DNA of 64,000 bases from Candidatus Thalassarchaeaceae archaeon (GTDB lineage: Archaea; Thermoplasmatota; Poseidoniia; Poseidoniales; Thalassarchaeaceae), in NCBI GenBank assembly GCA_030747485.1, contig JASLKP010000002.1, positions 18,602-82,601 of the forward strand, read 5' to 3'. This document shows positions 56,182-64,000 of the stretch, piece by piece. The position numbers and the translations under genes were made by a program. Position 1 is the stretch's first letter, and the number at the start of each line of letters is the position of its first letter. The notes beneath the pieces were generated by a model, which was not told the DNA's origin, ran no database searches, and was given only the letters and a program-made list of their open reading frames with translations.

Positions 56182-56838
56182 TCAATCGCGTGTAAAGCGC
56201 CAAACTGACACCTCAGTTGTGGTCCCTTGAGCGGTATGATGTTCATATGTGGGAGGTAAATTGAACCGTCCCGTCAGAATTTCTTCTGACTTCCATCCAC
56301 AATCACGAGCAAGTGCAGCGACATGTGCAGCCCGTTGATGATGGAGACAATGAATCACATTCGCATTTGAAGAAAATGCGGCTTGAAGAAATGGTCGATC
56401 TGCTCGTGGTTTTTGTACGCCCCAAGGTGGATTCATCACTACCAAGTCGACATTTTCACCATTCCACTCATGGACATCGATATTGTTCCATGTCACCTCA
56501 TCTCCATAGGCTTCATGAATGCAGGATACATCAATTTCAACCAGTTCAACACTCGCTGCACCAGCCAATCGGCACCCGATCCCAAGAATCCCATTCCCTG
56601 CTCCTAAATCGGTCACCCGAGTATCATCGTCGAGATCACCTAATTGTACCATCTCTGCAATCCAACGGGCTGCAAAATCACCTTCTGTAGGATACTGTTC
56701 CCATTCCACAGATTGTTGAGGATGTGGAGGCAACTGAGACAATGCCATTGCGAGTTGCCTTAGACGCATAACGCTGCGAGGGGGGCTCGTCCCATCAATT
56801 CCCCTGCTCATTTCCTTGCTGTTGGCGTGCCAACTCAA
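56182..56838 (-). CDS. Class I SAM-dependent methyltransferase (COG2263 / METTL5-like RNA methylase)
   Basis: SAM motif VTDLGAGNGILGIG and catalytic VVMNPPWG. A later start at 56769 (MRLRQL) would avoid overlap with the upstream small ORF. Confidence 0.7.
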   Translation of the reverse strand: MSWHANSKEMSRGIDGTSPPRSVMRLRQLAMALSQLPPHPQQSVEWEQYPTEGDFAARWIAEMVQLGDLDDDTRVTDLGAGNGILGIGCRLAGAASVELVEIDVSCIHEAYGDEVTWNNIDVHEWNGENVDLVVMNPPWGVQKPRADRPFLQAAFSSNANVIHCLHHQRAAHVAALARDCGWKSEEILTGRFNLPPTYEHHTAQGTTTEVSVWRFTRD

Positions 56839-57034
56839 TTGCTTGTAATGTGGCTAAATTGGCTTGCTGTGTTTGGGTAACTTGTCCAGTCTTCTGTGCC
56901 TGAATATTGGCGTGCTCTTCACGCAATTGACGCATCAACATTGCACCAGGTAAGCGTTCACCACAGAATCGACAGAATTTCTGGTCATCATCTTGTTGTT
57001 GACTACATTCCGTACAGAATCCCATCATGACCAC
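56795..57034 (-). CDS. Small zinc-ribbon protein with Q-rich tail
   Basis: CTEC...CRFC near the N-terminus; 79 aa. Confidence 0.45.
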   Translation of the reverse strand: MVMMGFCTECSQQQDDDQKFCRFCGERLPGAMLMRQLREEHANIQAQKTGQVTQTQQANLATLQAIELARQQQGNEQGN

Positions 57035-57074
57035 TTGCTCCCCACAGTTCGATGTCTAAAAATGCTCAGATGAA

Positions 57075-57923
57075 TCAGTTGTTCTCACTGAGTTTGACGA
57101 ACATACCCCATACGTCGACGCCAGCAGCACTTGCTCTTTCACTCACTTCAATGAATTGAGGATGTTCCATGATACTACTCATTTCTTGCCCTCCGGCAAC
57201 AAGCAACGAAATGACTTGTCGAAGTTCAGCTTCCAAAGGTGACTCTTCTTTGGGTTTGGGGATGGGGGGGATGTCATCATCATCGAGTGGAATCGGTTCT
57301 GCTTTTGGTTCAGGTTCAACCTCGGGTTCTTCAGGTTCTGGAGCCACCTCGACTTCAGGTTCGGTTTCCTCTTCAACATCCATTGATTGCTTAATCGTCT
57401 CTAGCATCGATTCGTGCATTTCTTCTTCCACAACGGAAGCAGAAAACTCTTCCAAAATTGGCCCAGGATGAGTGACAAATGCCTTACGCATCATGGTTGA
57501 TGGAGATTCAATCAATGGCATTCTTGTTGGAGGTGCAATACTAGGGTGATGAAAACAGGTCCATGTTTCATCCTCAAAAGAGGCATCTGAACTTGCGGTC
57601 ACAGTGACTTCATTTCGAGTCCAACCTTGACCCATGAGTGGTTGTAACCATCGTCCCAAGTCGACCATTGAAAGGTCGACAAATTGGAAACTTGTTGATT
57701 TGTGATCAATCCCTTCGGCCTCCATTTCCGCACGTTCTTTTCGAGGGCGATGGAATACTGAGACAGCTGATTCTTCAATGGCTACACTTCGTCCATGTCC
57801 TCGCAGAGCTGCTCGATCAGCACGAGCGCCAAGCATCAGAATCCGTGTACGTTTTCCATATTGTTCCCAACCATTGGTCAACCCATCAAGCGAACCAGAT
57901 TCGACAATCTCAACCTCGCCCAT
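57075..57923 (-). CDS. Hypothetical acidic protein with a PE-rich linker
   Basis: The ORF was trimmed to the first ATG after the asd stop (MGEVEIVESG). It contains an EEETEPEVEVAPEPEEPEVEPEPKAEP low-complexity segment. Confidence 0.5.
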   Translation of the reverse strand: MGEVEIVESGSLDGLTNGWEQYGKRTRILMLGARADRAALRGHGRSVAIEESAVSVFHRPRKERAEMEAEGIDHKSTSFQFVDLSMVDLGRWLQPLMGQGWTRNEVTVTASSDASFEDETWTCFHHPSIAPPTRMPLIESPSTMMRKAFVTHPGPILEEFSASVVEEEMHESMLETIKQSMDVEEETEPEVEVAPEPEEPEVEPEPKAEPIPLDDDDIPPIPKPKEESPLEAELRQVISLLVAGGQEMSSIMEHPQFIEVSERASAAGVDVWGMFVKLSENN

Positions 57924-57960
57924 GGGTTCGGCTGTTGCTTCTCTTTCTTGAGGATGGCCC

Positions 57961-59013
57961 CTAGTCGCCCAGCAGTCCCTCGGCCAATGCGAGTTCTGCC
58001 AGAAGGACGGTTCCACCAGCAGCTCCACGAATTGTATTCTCAGACCAAGCACTGAACGACACTTGCTTCCCTTCAACAATGAGGTCAGTCATTCGAATTT
58101 CCATTCCTGCTTGAAGATTTGAACTAGGATTATCGTATTCATCTCCAATGAGTTGATCTACAATTTGAATCGGGTGTTGAGGGGCAGAGGGAAGATTGAG
58201 TACTTGTGGTCTAGATTGATAACGTTCAATCCATTCAACCATTTCACTTTCATCAATCTCTTTGTATAATTCACAATTGACATGAACGATATGCCCATAC
58301 TCACGCATCACGCGTTTGCATTCAATCTGAAGAGGCAGATTTGCAGGTCGAACTCCGTCTGATTGGGCACGACCCAATAGGCTCAAACATTCTTCATGCA
58401 TTTTCTCGGCTTCACCAGGAATCTCATCTGAATCTAATCCACTCGCACGCGCAGATGTGAGCACATCCAATCCTCCGCCTGACAGTGATTGTTCGGTTCT
58501 GACTGTCACATTGTTCAAACCGATGAAATCCCATAATGGTTTGAGGACCAAAGCGACGGGAACAATGGTACAATTTGTCGAACAAGCAATGAAACCATCA
58601 TCTCGATTTGGGTTTGTAAGAGGCAGTAGATGGTGTGGGTTTAGATCTGCAACGATGAGGGGCACATCATCATCCATTCGATGCGTACTGGCATTACTGA
58701 ATACGTAATATCCCGCTTCAGCCAGTGGTCTTTCTACTTCGATGGCCACCTCGGAAGGAAGAGCACTGAATACCACTTCAAAGTCATCATCATCCATGAG
58801 TGAATCCATACTTCGAATTCCAATGGATGGGAGATTTGGTCGAGATTCCGGCAAATGCCATTCTAGTTCCTCAAGTTTCATCCCTGCAGTGCGAGGTGAA
58901 CCGTAGACTGCCACGAGTTCAAACCAAGGGTGATTAGAAAGCCGCTGCTGGAAACGCTGTGCTACGAGCCCGCTGGCTCCGAGAATAACCACCTTGCGCA
59001 CGCGCATGTACAC
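57961..59013 (-). CDS. asd: Aspartate-semialdehyde dehydrogenase (archaeal type)
   Basis: VVILGASGLVAQRFQQRLSNHPWFELVAV NAD(P)-binding N-terminus and the active-site region ACSTNCTIVP. Confidence 0.75.
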   Translation of the reverse strand: MYMRVRKVVILGASGLVAQRFQQRLSNHPWFELVAVYGSPRTAGMKLEELEWHLPESRPNLPSIGIRSMDSLMDDDDFEVVFSALPSEVAIEVERPLAEAGYYVFSNASTHRMDDDVPLIVADLNPHHLLPLTNPNRDDGFIACSTNCTIVPVALVLKPLWDFIGLNNVTVRTEQSLSGGGLDVLTSARASGLDSDEIPGEAEKMHEECLSLLGRAQSDGVRPANLPLQIECKRVMREYGHIVHVNCELYKEIDESEMVEWIERYQSRPQVLNLPSAPQHPIQIVDQLIGDEYDNPSSNLQAGMEIRMTDLIVEGKQVSFSAWSENTIRGAAGGTVLLAELALAEGLLGD

Positions 59014-59085
59014 ACGTGTGATGCTTTACTTCTTGATTGGAACGGAAGTGTAGACTTCAAGAACTATGACGACTAGGACGCTTAC

Positions 59086-60255
59086 GTGTCGAATGCCGAG
59101 TTGGTTGCAATTACCGTTCTTGGTATTGCCCTTATGGTCACTCTTTGGAGGCTACTAACTACATCGAATACGGATCAAGATGCTGCTTTGCGCAAGGAAA
59201 TTCGAGAAATGGACATAGAACGAACCGATGCACTAATGGGTACATTGGAGGCTCTTGGTAAGGCACAACAGGAACACTTAGCCATAGTGTCAGAAAATAT
59301 CGAGAAGCTCAAGGATGGTAATGAGAAGAAGCTCGATCAAATGCGTGAAACAGTCGACGAGAAGTTGCAAACTACACTTGAGAAGAGAATTGGTGAGTCA
59401 TTCAAGTTAGTCAGTGAGAGACTTGAAGCAGTCCAACGAGGTTTGGGTGAAATGCAAAGTTTGGCAACAGATGTAGGTGGATTGAAGAAAGTCTTGACTA
59501 ATGTTTCCTCACGAGGTGCTTTAGGGGAGATACAAGCAGAGCAAATACTGCAGAATATCCTTACTCCTGATCAATATCAAAAGAATGTAAAAACTCATCC
59601 TGATTGTAAGGGGCAAGTTGAGTTTGCAATCAAACTTCCCGGGGCAACCGATGATTGGCCTATCGTTTGGTTACCTATTGATTGTAAGTTCCCGAAAGAG
59701 GATTATGAACGATTATTAGACGCATATGATGAAGGAGATAAGGAACTAATTGAGAAATCAATGAACGCATTCAAGGCAAATGTTCGACAAAAGGCTAAGA
59801 CCATCAGGAAGGAATACGTTGCAGCCCCTTACACTACTGATTTTGCCGTTATGTTCCTCCCCACCGAGGGACTTTATGCTGATGTTTGTCGGCAACCAGG
59901 TCTCTTTGAATCATTACAGAGAGACCATCAAATCGTTGTGGCAGGACCAACAACTCTTGCTGCGTTAGTCAATAGTTTGCAGATGGGATTCCGAACTCTT
60001 GCACTTGAGACTAATGCTAGTGAGGTTTACAACGTACTTGGTGCCGTAAAAACTGAGTTTGTTAAATTCGGTGAACATATGGGGAAGTTGCACAAGCAAC
60101 TCAATACAGCAGCGAATACAATTGGTGGAGATGGCGATTCTATTAATCGACGATTAAGAGCAATGGAACGAACACTGAAAGATGTTGAATCTTTACCCTC
60201 ACCAGAACCTTCAAACATTTTGGATTTATCAGATGATGATGTCGAAATCGAGTAA
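59086..60255 (+). CDS. rmuC: DNA recombination protein RmuC family
   Basis: N-terminal TM, a coiled-coil region, then the RmuC nuclease-like core (LPIDCKFPKEDYERL, FAVMFLPTEGLYA, VVAGPTTLAALVNSL). GTG start. Confidence 0.8.
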   Translation: MSNAELVAITVLGIALMVTLWRLLTTSNTDQDAALRKEIREMDIERTDALMGTLEALGKAQQEHLAIVSENIEKLKDGNEKKLDQMRETVDEKLQTTLEKRIGESFKLVSERLEAVQRGLGEMQSLATDVGGLKKVLTNVSSRGALGEIQAEQILQNILTPDQYQKNVKTHPDCKGQVEFAIKLPGATDDWPIVWLPIDCKFPKEDYERLLDAYDEGDKELIEKSMNAFKANVRQKAKTIRKEYVAAPYTTDFAVMFLPTEGLYADVCRQPGLFESLQRDHQIVVAGPTTLAALVNSLQMGFRTLALETNASEVYNVLGAVKTEFVKFGEHMGKLHKQLNTAANTIGGDGDSINRRLRAMERTLKDVESLPSPEPSNILDLSDDDVEIE

Positions 60256-60256
60256 T

Positions 60257-60976
60257 TCAAACTCTGTTGACTGGACGCGGGAAGAATCTGCGGACAAGCA
60301 ATTTTCGTAGAATCTTCACACCATCTCCAACCGAGCCTAACTTTGACTCACCAATTCGTGCAGCATACGAGATTGGAACTTCCCCCATTCGTAATCCCTC
60401 ATTTGCACAGGAAGTAAACATCTCCGCCTCTATTTCAAACGATTTTGAATTGAGTTGCATCTTTTCGATTGCTTCTCGTTTGAAGGCCCAGTATCCTGTG
60501 CAGATGTCGCTCACAAAGATCCTGTAGAGTGCAACTGCAGTCCAAGTAAGGATATGATTTCCAATCCAATTGAATCGTGACATTGCTCCTGGTTCAATTG
60601 AGCCCCGTAATCGACTTCCAATGACCACATCATATTCACCTGAAGTGAGATGTTTGAGAAGACGGGTGATTTCCTTTGGGTTGTATGTACCATCCGCATC
60701 AAGCATAACCAATACTTCGTCATCACTATCTAGGAATCGGGCAAAGGCTTCACGCATTCCGAATCCTTTGCCAGCTGCGGGTCCCTGCACAATAATCTCC
60801 AGACCCAATTTAGAGGCGATTTCTTGGGTGCCATCCGTAGATCTCCCGTCTGCAACCAGGATGTTAGGAGACCATCCTTGATACTCTAGAATGTCAATGG
60901 GTAGAGCGTTGACAACATTGGGCAATGCACTCACTTCATTCAGTGTTGGCAAGAGAATTGTAAGGCCACGACTCAT
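60257..60976 (-). CDS. Family 2 glycosyltransferase, dolichyl-phosphate sugar synthase (Dpm1)-like
   Basis: ILLPTLNEVSALPNVV, VMLDADGTY (DxD) and GYWAFKRE; 239 aa. Confidence 0.8.
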   Translation of the reverse strand: MSRGLTILLPTLNEVSALPNVVNALPIDILEYQGWSPNILVADGRSTDGTQEIASKLGLEIIVQGPAAGKGFGMREAFARFLDSDDEVLVMLDADGTYNPKEITRLLKHLTSGEYDVVIGSRLRGSIEPGAMSRFNWIGNHILTWTAVALYRIFVSDICTGYWAFKREAIEKMQLNSKSFEIEAEMFTSCANEGLRMGEVPISYAARIGESKLGSVGDGVKILRKLLVRRFFPRPVNRV

Positions 60977-62349
60977 AGATTTCTCACCTCAATCCAGTGT
61001 AGCCACACGCCTTCCTCATCGATAATCCGGTCACTTCGTCCAGAAAGTCCTGCCGGGTTTACCCATTTCGACCCACCTCCTTCTATGCTGATTTGGATTT
61101 CAATTTCTCCCCTGAATTCACTATGGTGTAGTACGGTTGTCGCCTCATGCCCTCCTGCGGTGATTTTGCTAACGGTACTACACACATCTGTGCCCCAATC
61201 ACATACAGTAACACTCACTTCCATATTCGCAGGGCCGCTATGTTGTAGGTGAATGGCCAAATCAGTGTCACGATGTTGAGATGATGGAGACAGATATTCT
61301 AGGTTCATTCGCCCCTCACTGAAAAATGCCACATGGTCGGGCCTGATTTCCAAATCACCATGAGCCACATGGTACCATGGATCTGGTCGCCAATCACATC
61401 CTGTGCCGCAGTGGTTATCATTTGGGAAAACGAAATGACTCAATTTTACTGATCCCTCACTTGTCTCAGGAACAAAACGCCATAGTCGACTTCCATCTTG
61501 GTCTTCAATCACAGACCAGTATTCACTTTGAGCTAGAATATGTCCAATTTGTCCTAAGGGTGAAGTGACTGCATGGGTGATTCCGTAATCTGACAACAGT
61601 CCTGTGTTGTCATTTCGAATTGCTCCTTCAACTTTCCATTGAACACGTTCCTCAACGGTCAGTAATCCCAAGGACGGGAATGTGGTCATTCCAATCTCTG
61701 TTGGTGCATCGTAAATGAAACCCCAATGGGCAGTTTCGGTGTAAATGATTGAATCACTAGGTAGTGCATGAATGGCATCGTGTAATGCACGATCTCCAGG
61801 GGTTTGTGCTTCCAGTTCAGGGTGTGCAGTGATTTGCAACAATACCACATGCGCAATCAGAATTGAAACGATGCCGACTGCCATCATCGCATGAACTGGT
61901 CTGCGTTCTAATGCAGGAGGGACTTCCAATTCAATCATCGACATTTCGCCTCCATCTGCAATAATTTCCTCTTCTACATGTTCCTCTCTGAGCGTCCTTT
62001 GTCTCATTCTAGGCGTTAATCTAGGCATCTTTGCTAGGATAATCCCTGCTAGGACTGCAAGTGGTACATGGAAGGCGTGTAGGGCCATGGAGTACAGCAT
62101 ATAGGAAATCAAGGTCAACAATGAAATTCCAATCAAACCATCGAAGAGGTGCACGAATGTTAATGCCCATTGAATGGCTAGCCAGAGCCCCAGTAACCAT
62201 ACCTCAAATGATGCCCTAAATCTCCACAATCCCCACCCAGCAAGCCCAATCAATATTGGACCGTTAAACAGGAGTAATGGTAAGCCACCCTGCCATCCAT
62301 ATTCTGCCCAAACAGGTGTGTCGAGCATCTTTGGTGCGAAGATTCCCAA
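60973..62349 (-). CDS. Hypothetical membrane protein with a C-terminal extracytoplasmic domain
   Basis: 458-aa ORF (TTG start) with about 5 N-terminal helices and a ~300-aa soluble part. The 5' end overlaps the upstream ORF by 86 nt. Confidence 0.5.
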   Translation of the reverse strand: MGIFAPKMLDTPVWAEYGWQGGLPLLLFNGPILIGLAGWGLWRFRASFEVWLLGLWLAIQWALTFVHLFDGLIGISLLTLISYMLYSMALHAFHVPLAVLAGIILAKMPRLTPRMRQRTLREEHVEEEIIADGGEMSMIELEVPPALERRPVHAMMAVGIVSILIAHVVLLQITAHPELEAQTPGDRALHDAIHALPSDSIIYTETAHWGFIYDAPTEIGMTTFPSLGLLTVEERVQWKVEGAIRNDNTGLLSDYGITHAVTSPLGQIGHILAQSEYWSVIEDQDGSRLWRFVPETSEGSVKLSHFVFPNDNHCGTGCDWRPDPWYHVAHGDLEIRPDHVAFFSEGRMNLEYLSPSSQHRDTDLAIHLQHSGPANMEVSVTVCDWGTDVCSTVSKITAGGHEATTVLHHSEFRGEIEIQISIEGGGSKWVNPAGLSGRSDRIIDEEGVWLHWIEVRNL

Positions 62350-63382
62350 TCACCACCACTGTGGCTCCACCAACAACAACGGTGGAGATGATTGCCAATC
62401 TTCCTGCATGAGGTGAATCGCGTTGAGCACTGAATCTGTGTGCACCCAGCCAAGCAAGTAGCAATGAACCGAGATACAACGAACCGGTCGGATGAATTAC
62501 ACCGACGAAAGCGACGCCAAAAGCAAACAACAAATCCATTCGTTTGTTCCGTTCCCGAGGTGGTTTAACCAAGACCAACAGACCTAGAACAAGCCCCAAT
62601 TGGCTTGCTACGGTAGGATAGCCAGAATCAAATGCCTTGGCAAATAGGGCAGGAGCAAGAGCGAGAGACAACACTGTCGTTGCAGAAGCACCCCATCGAT
62701 CTGCAGCACCGGCCACTCCCCAAATGACAGCAAACAATGTGAGTTGTCCGAGAAAATGTATACAATCCGAAGTGGGCATCCCACTCGCTTCTTCGAGGAA
62801 TGCAGCCAACGCGGGGAAGGCAGGTGGATACGTCCACCTCCCTACGTTTGGTTCAGGTAAGGCAAGGGAACCAGTTTCTGCTAATCTGTGTGATAATGTT
62901 GCGAATCCGAGCCAATCAACACCCATGGGTCGATTCAGAATAATCAGTGGACTGAAACAGATGATTGCAGAAATTGCAAGGGCCCATGGAAGCCACGATG
63001 GTCTGCCAGTTGCAACCAATGCTGCATGTTGTTTTTCGGCAGCGACATCTTCCTCTAGAGACACAGTGCCTCCTTCAGCTTCAGCTGCCTCAGCAATTTC
63101 TTCGAGGCGTTCCCAGGCTGAAAGTCGGCGTACGCGGACGACTTGTTTCTGCCATCCCACCGTTGCAGCTGCTACATTGACCAAGAGGATGAGTGCAACT
63201 AAGGATCCAACTGAATGCTCACCTCGAAGAACCACCAACCATCCTGCCAAACCATACAGAATCAGTAGACTAGCAGCAGGTGCCAACATCATTTGTCGTA
63301 ACCGATCAGCACCAGGGTCCAAGATTCGAATTAGGGCTAAACCAGGAATCAATCCGAGCCCAATCAGTAGTCCAGCACTCAT
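62264..63382 (-). CDS. Polytopic membrane protein (possible GT-C-like glycosyltransferase)
   Basis: About 10 hydrophobic helices. Start placed at the internal Met (MSAGLLIGLG), because the longer track ORF overlaps the divergent M23 gene. The function call is speculative. Confidence 0.45.
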   Translation of the reverse strand: MSAGLLIGLGLIPGLALIRILDPGADRLRQMMLAPAASLLILYGLAGWLVVLRGEHSVGSLVALILLVNVAAATVGWQKQVVRVRRLSAWERLEEIAEAAEAEGGTVSLEEDVAAEKQHAALVATGRPSWLPWALAISAIICFSPLIILNRPMGVDWLGFATLSHRLAETGSLALPEPNVGRWTYPPAFPALAAFLEEASGMPTSDCIHFLGQLTLFAVIWGVAGAADRWGASATTVLSLALAPALFAKAFDSGYPTVASQLGLVLGLLVLVKPPRERNKRMDLLFAFGVAFVGVIHPTGSLYLGSLLLAWLGAHRFSAQRDSPHAGRLAIISTVVVGGATVVVIGNLRTKDARHTCLGRIWMAGWLTITPV

Positions 63383-63499
63383 GATGATGTGCAATATGAC
63401 TTCAAGTGGACTCCCTAGCAGAATTTCGCCTCCTATGGAGGCGACATAGGCCAAGGGGTCTTGAACTTCAGCCCTAAATCTGCCTCCGAAGTCGTATTC

Positions 63500-64000
63500 A
63501 TGGAGGTGCTTCTCAGCGCCATCATGGGAGACATAGATTTCGCCGCTGAGGATTGGTATCCTGTAGTTAATCTTCCTGAGAATTATGATGTTCTTGATCT
63601 GACAGGTGATGCAGACAATATTCGTACAAGCGAGTACTCGATTGGTCGATACAATGAGATTCGACAATTCTACACGACTGAATTATTTTCTGGAAACAGA
63701 TGTGTCCATATTGGAATCGATATTGGTGGCCCCGTCGGAACTCCAATCATGTCAGTATTCAGTGGAAAAGTGGCATTTTCAGGATACAATCCTGCTGATG
63801 GAGATTATGGTCACACCATCATTACTAAACACAACATTCAGGGTCAAAATCTTTGGATATTATATGGCCATCTAGATGCAGCATCTACTGAACATTGTCC
63901 ACCCGGAAAAGCCGTGGAAGCCGGCGATGTAATCGCATGGTTTGGTGACGAACATGAGAATGGCGGTTGGGAGCCGCATTTACACTTTCAACTATCATTT
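63500..64000 (+). CDS. M23-family (LytM-type) metallopeptidase, 3'-partial at window edge
   Basis: My own translation of frame 2 gives MEVLLSAIMGD...CVHIGIDIGGPVGTPIMSVFSGKV...LYGHLD...EPHLHFQLSF, with HxxxD and HxH motifs. It is absent from the ORF track because no stop codon occurs before position 64000. Confidence 0.8.
   Translation, partial: MEVLLSAIMGDIDFAAEDWYPVVNLPENYDVLDLTGDADNIRTSEYSIGRYNEIRQFYTTELFSGNRCVHIGIDIGGPVGTPIMSVFSGKVAFSGYNPADGDYGHTIITKHNIQGQNLWILYGHLDAASTEHCPPGKAVEAGDVIAWFGDEHENGGWEPHLHFQLSF

Noticed and set aside
62300-62349. VWAEYGW, considered as a WWDYG oligosaccharyltransferase (AglB) motif
   Set aside because: In AglB the motif follows the last TM helix. Here it is followed by about five more helices, and the match is only partial.
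62637-63449. 270-aa ORF antisense to the polytopic membrane gene
   Set aside because: It is Arg/Ser/Ala-rich low complexity with no motifs. It mirrors a hydrophobic sense ORF.
63606-63875. 89-aa track ORF on the + strand
   Set aside because: It is in a different frame from the clearly conserved M23 peptidase reading frame covering the same bases.
1-64000. Search for CRISPR arrays, transposases, integrases, prophage or defence-island signatures
   Set aside because: No spaced direct-repeat arrays and no DDE, tyrosine or serine recombinase motifs were seen. No duplicated tRNA 3' fragment that would mark an integration site was seen either. The bacterial-like genes are individually interleaved with archaeal core genes rather than forming a discrete island.

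Overview
Gene-dense 64-kb chromosomal segment with about 53 CDS, 1 tRNA, and no CRISPR array, transposase or integrase. The information-processing genes are clearly archaeal: Orc1/Cdc6 next to an AT-rich 424-bp gap (candidate origin), PCNA, TFS, Nop5-fibrillarin, a Csl4 exosome subunit and tRNA-Gly(UCC). Interspersed are many bacterial-type genes: FabI, Lgt-like, Fpg/MutM, SMUG1-type UDG, RmuC, ABC-F ATPase, IcmF, an acyl-CoA synthetase, an MsbA-like ABC exporter and an M23 peptidase. This mix, plus a 1950-aa surface protein, resembles planktonic marine Thermoplasmatota (MGII/III-like); that assignment is inference only. The main finding is a compact cassette at 21.0-30.6 kb: fabI, a 2654-aa type I FAS/PKS-like megasynthase (KS-AT-carrier-like-KS-ACP-like-KR-DH) and an Sfp-type phosphopantetheinyl transferase. 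It covers a full reducing elongation cycle, which is unexpected in an archaeal context. Both of its carrier-like folds lack the canonical phosphopantetheine serine (GIDT and GINP instead of GxDS). Other leads are listed here. (1) A translationally coupled Lgt-like / Tes(GDGT-MAS)-like radical SAM operon, followed by two paralogous membrane proteins, one carrying a SAP domain. (2) A MIP-family paralog that has lost both NPA boxes. (3) A Csl4-RGG-Zn ribbon-RRM-RGG fusion protein. (4) A divergent TBP-like protein. (5) A set of GC-rich triloop hairpins at gene 3' ends whose loops read TAC on the same DNA strand regardless of gene orientation. All functional calls rest on motif recognition by eye, and no database search was run.
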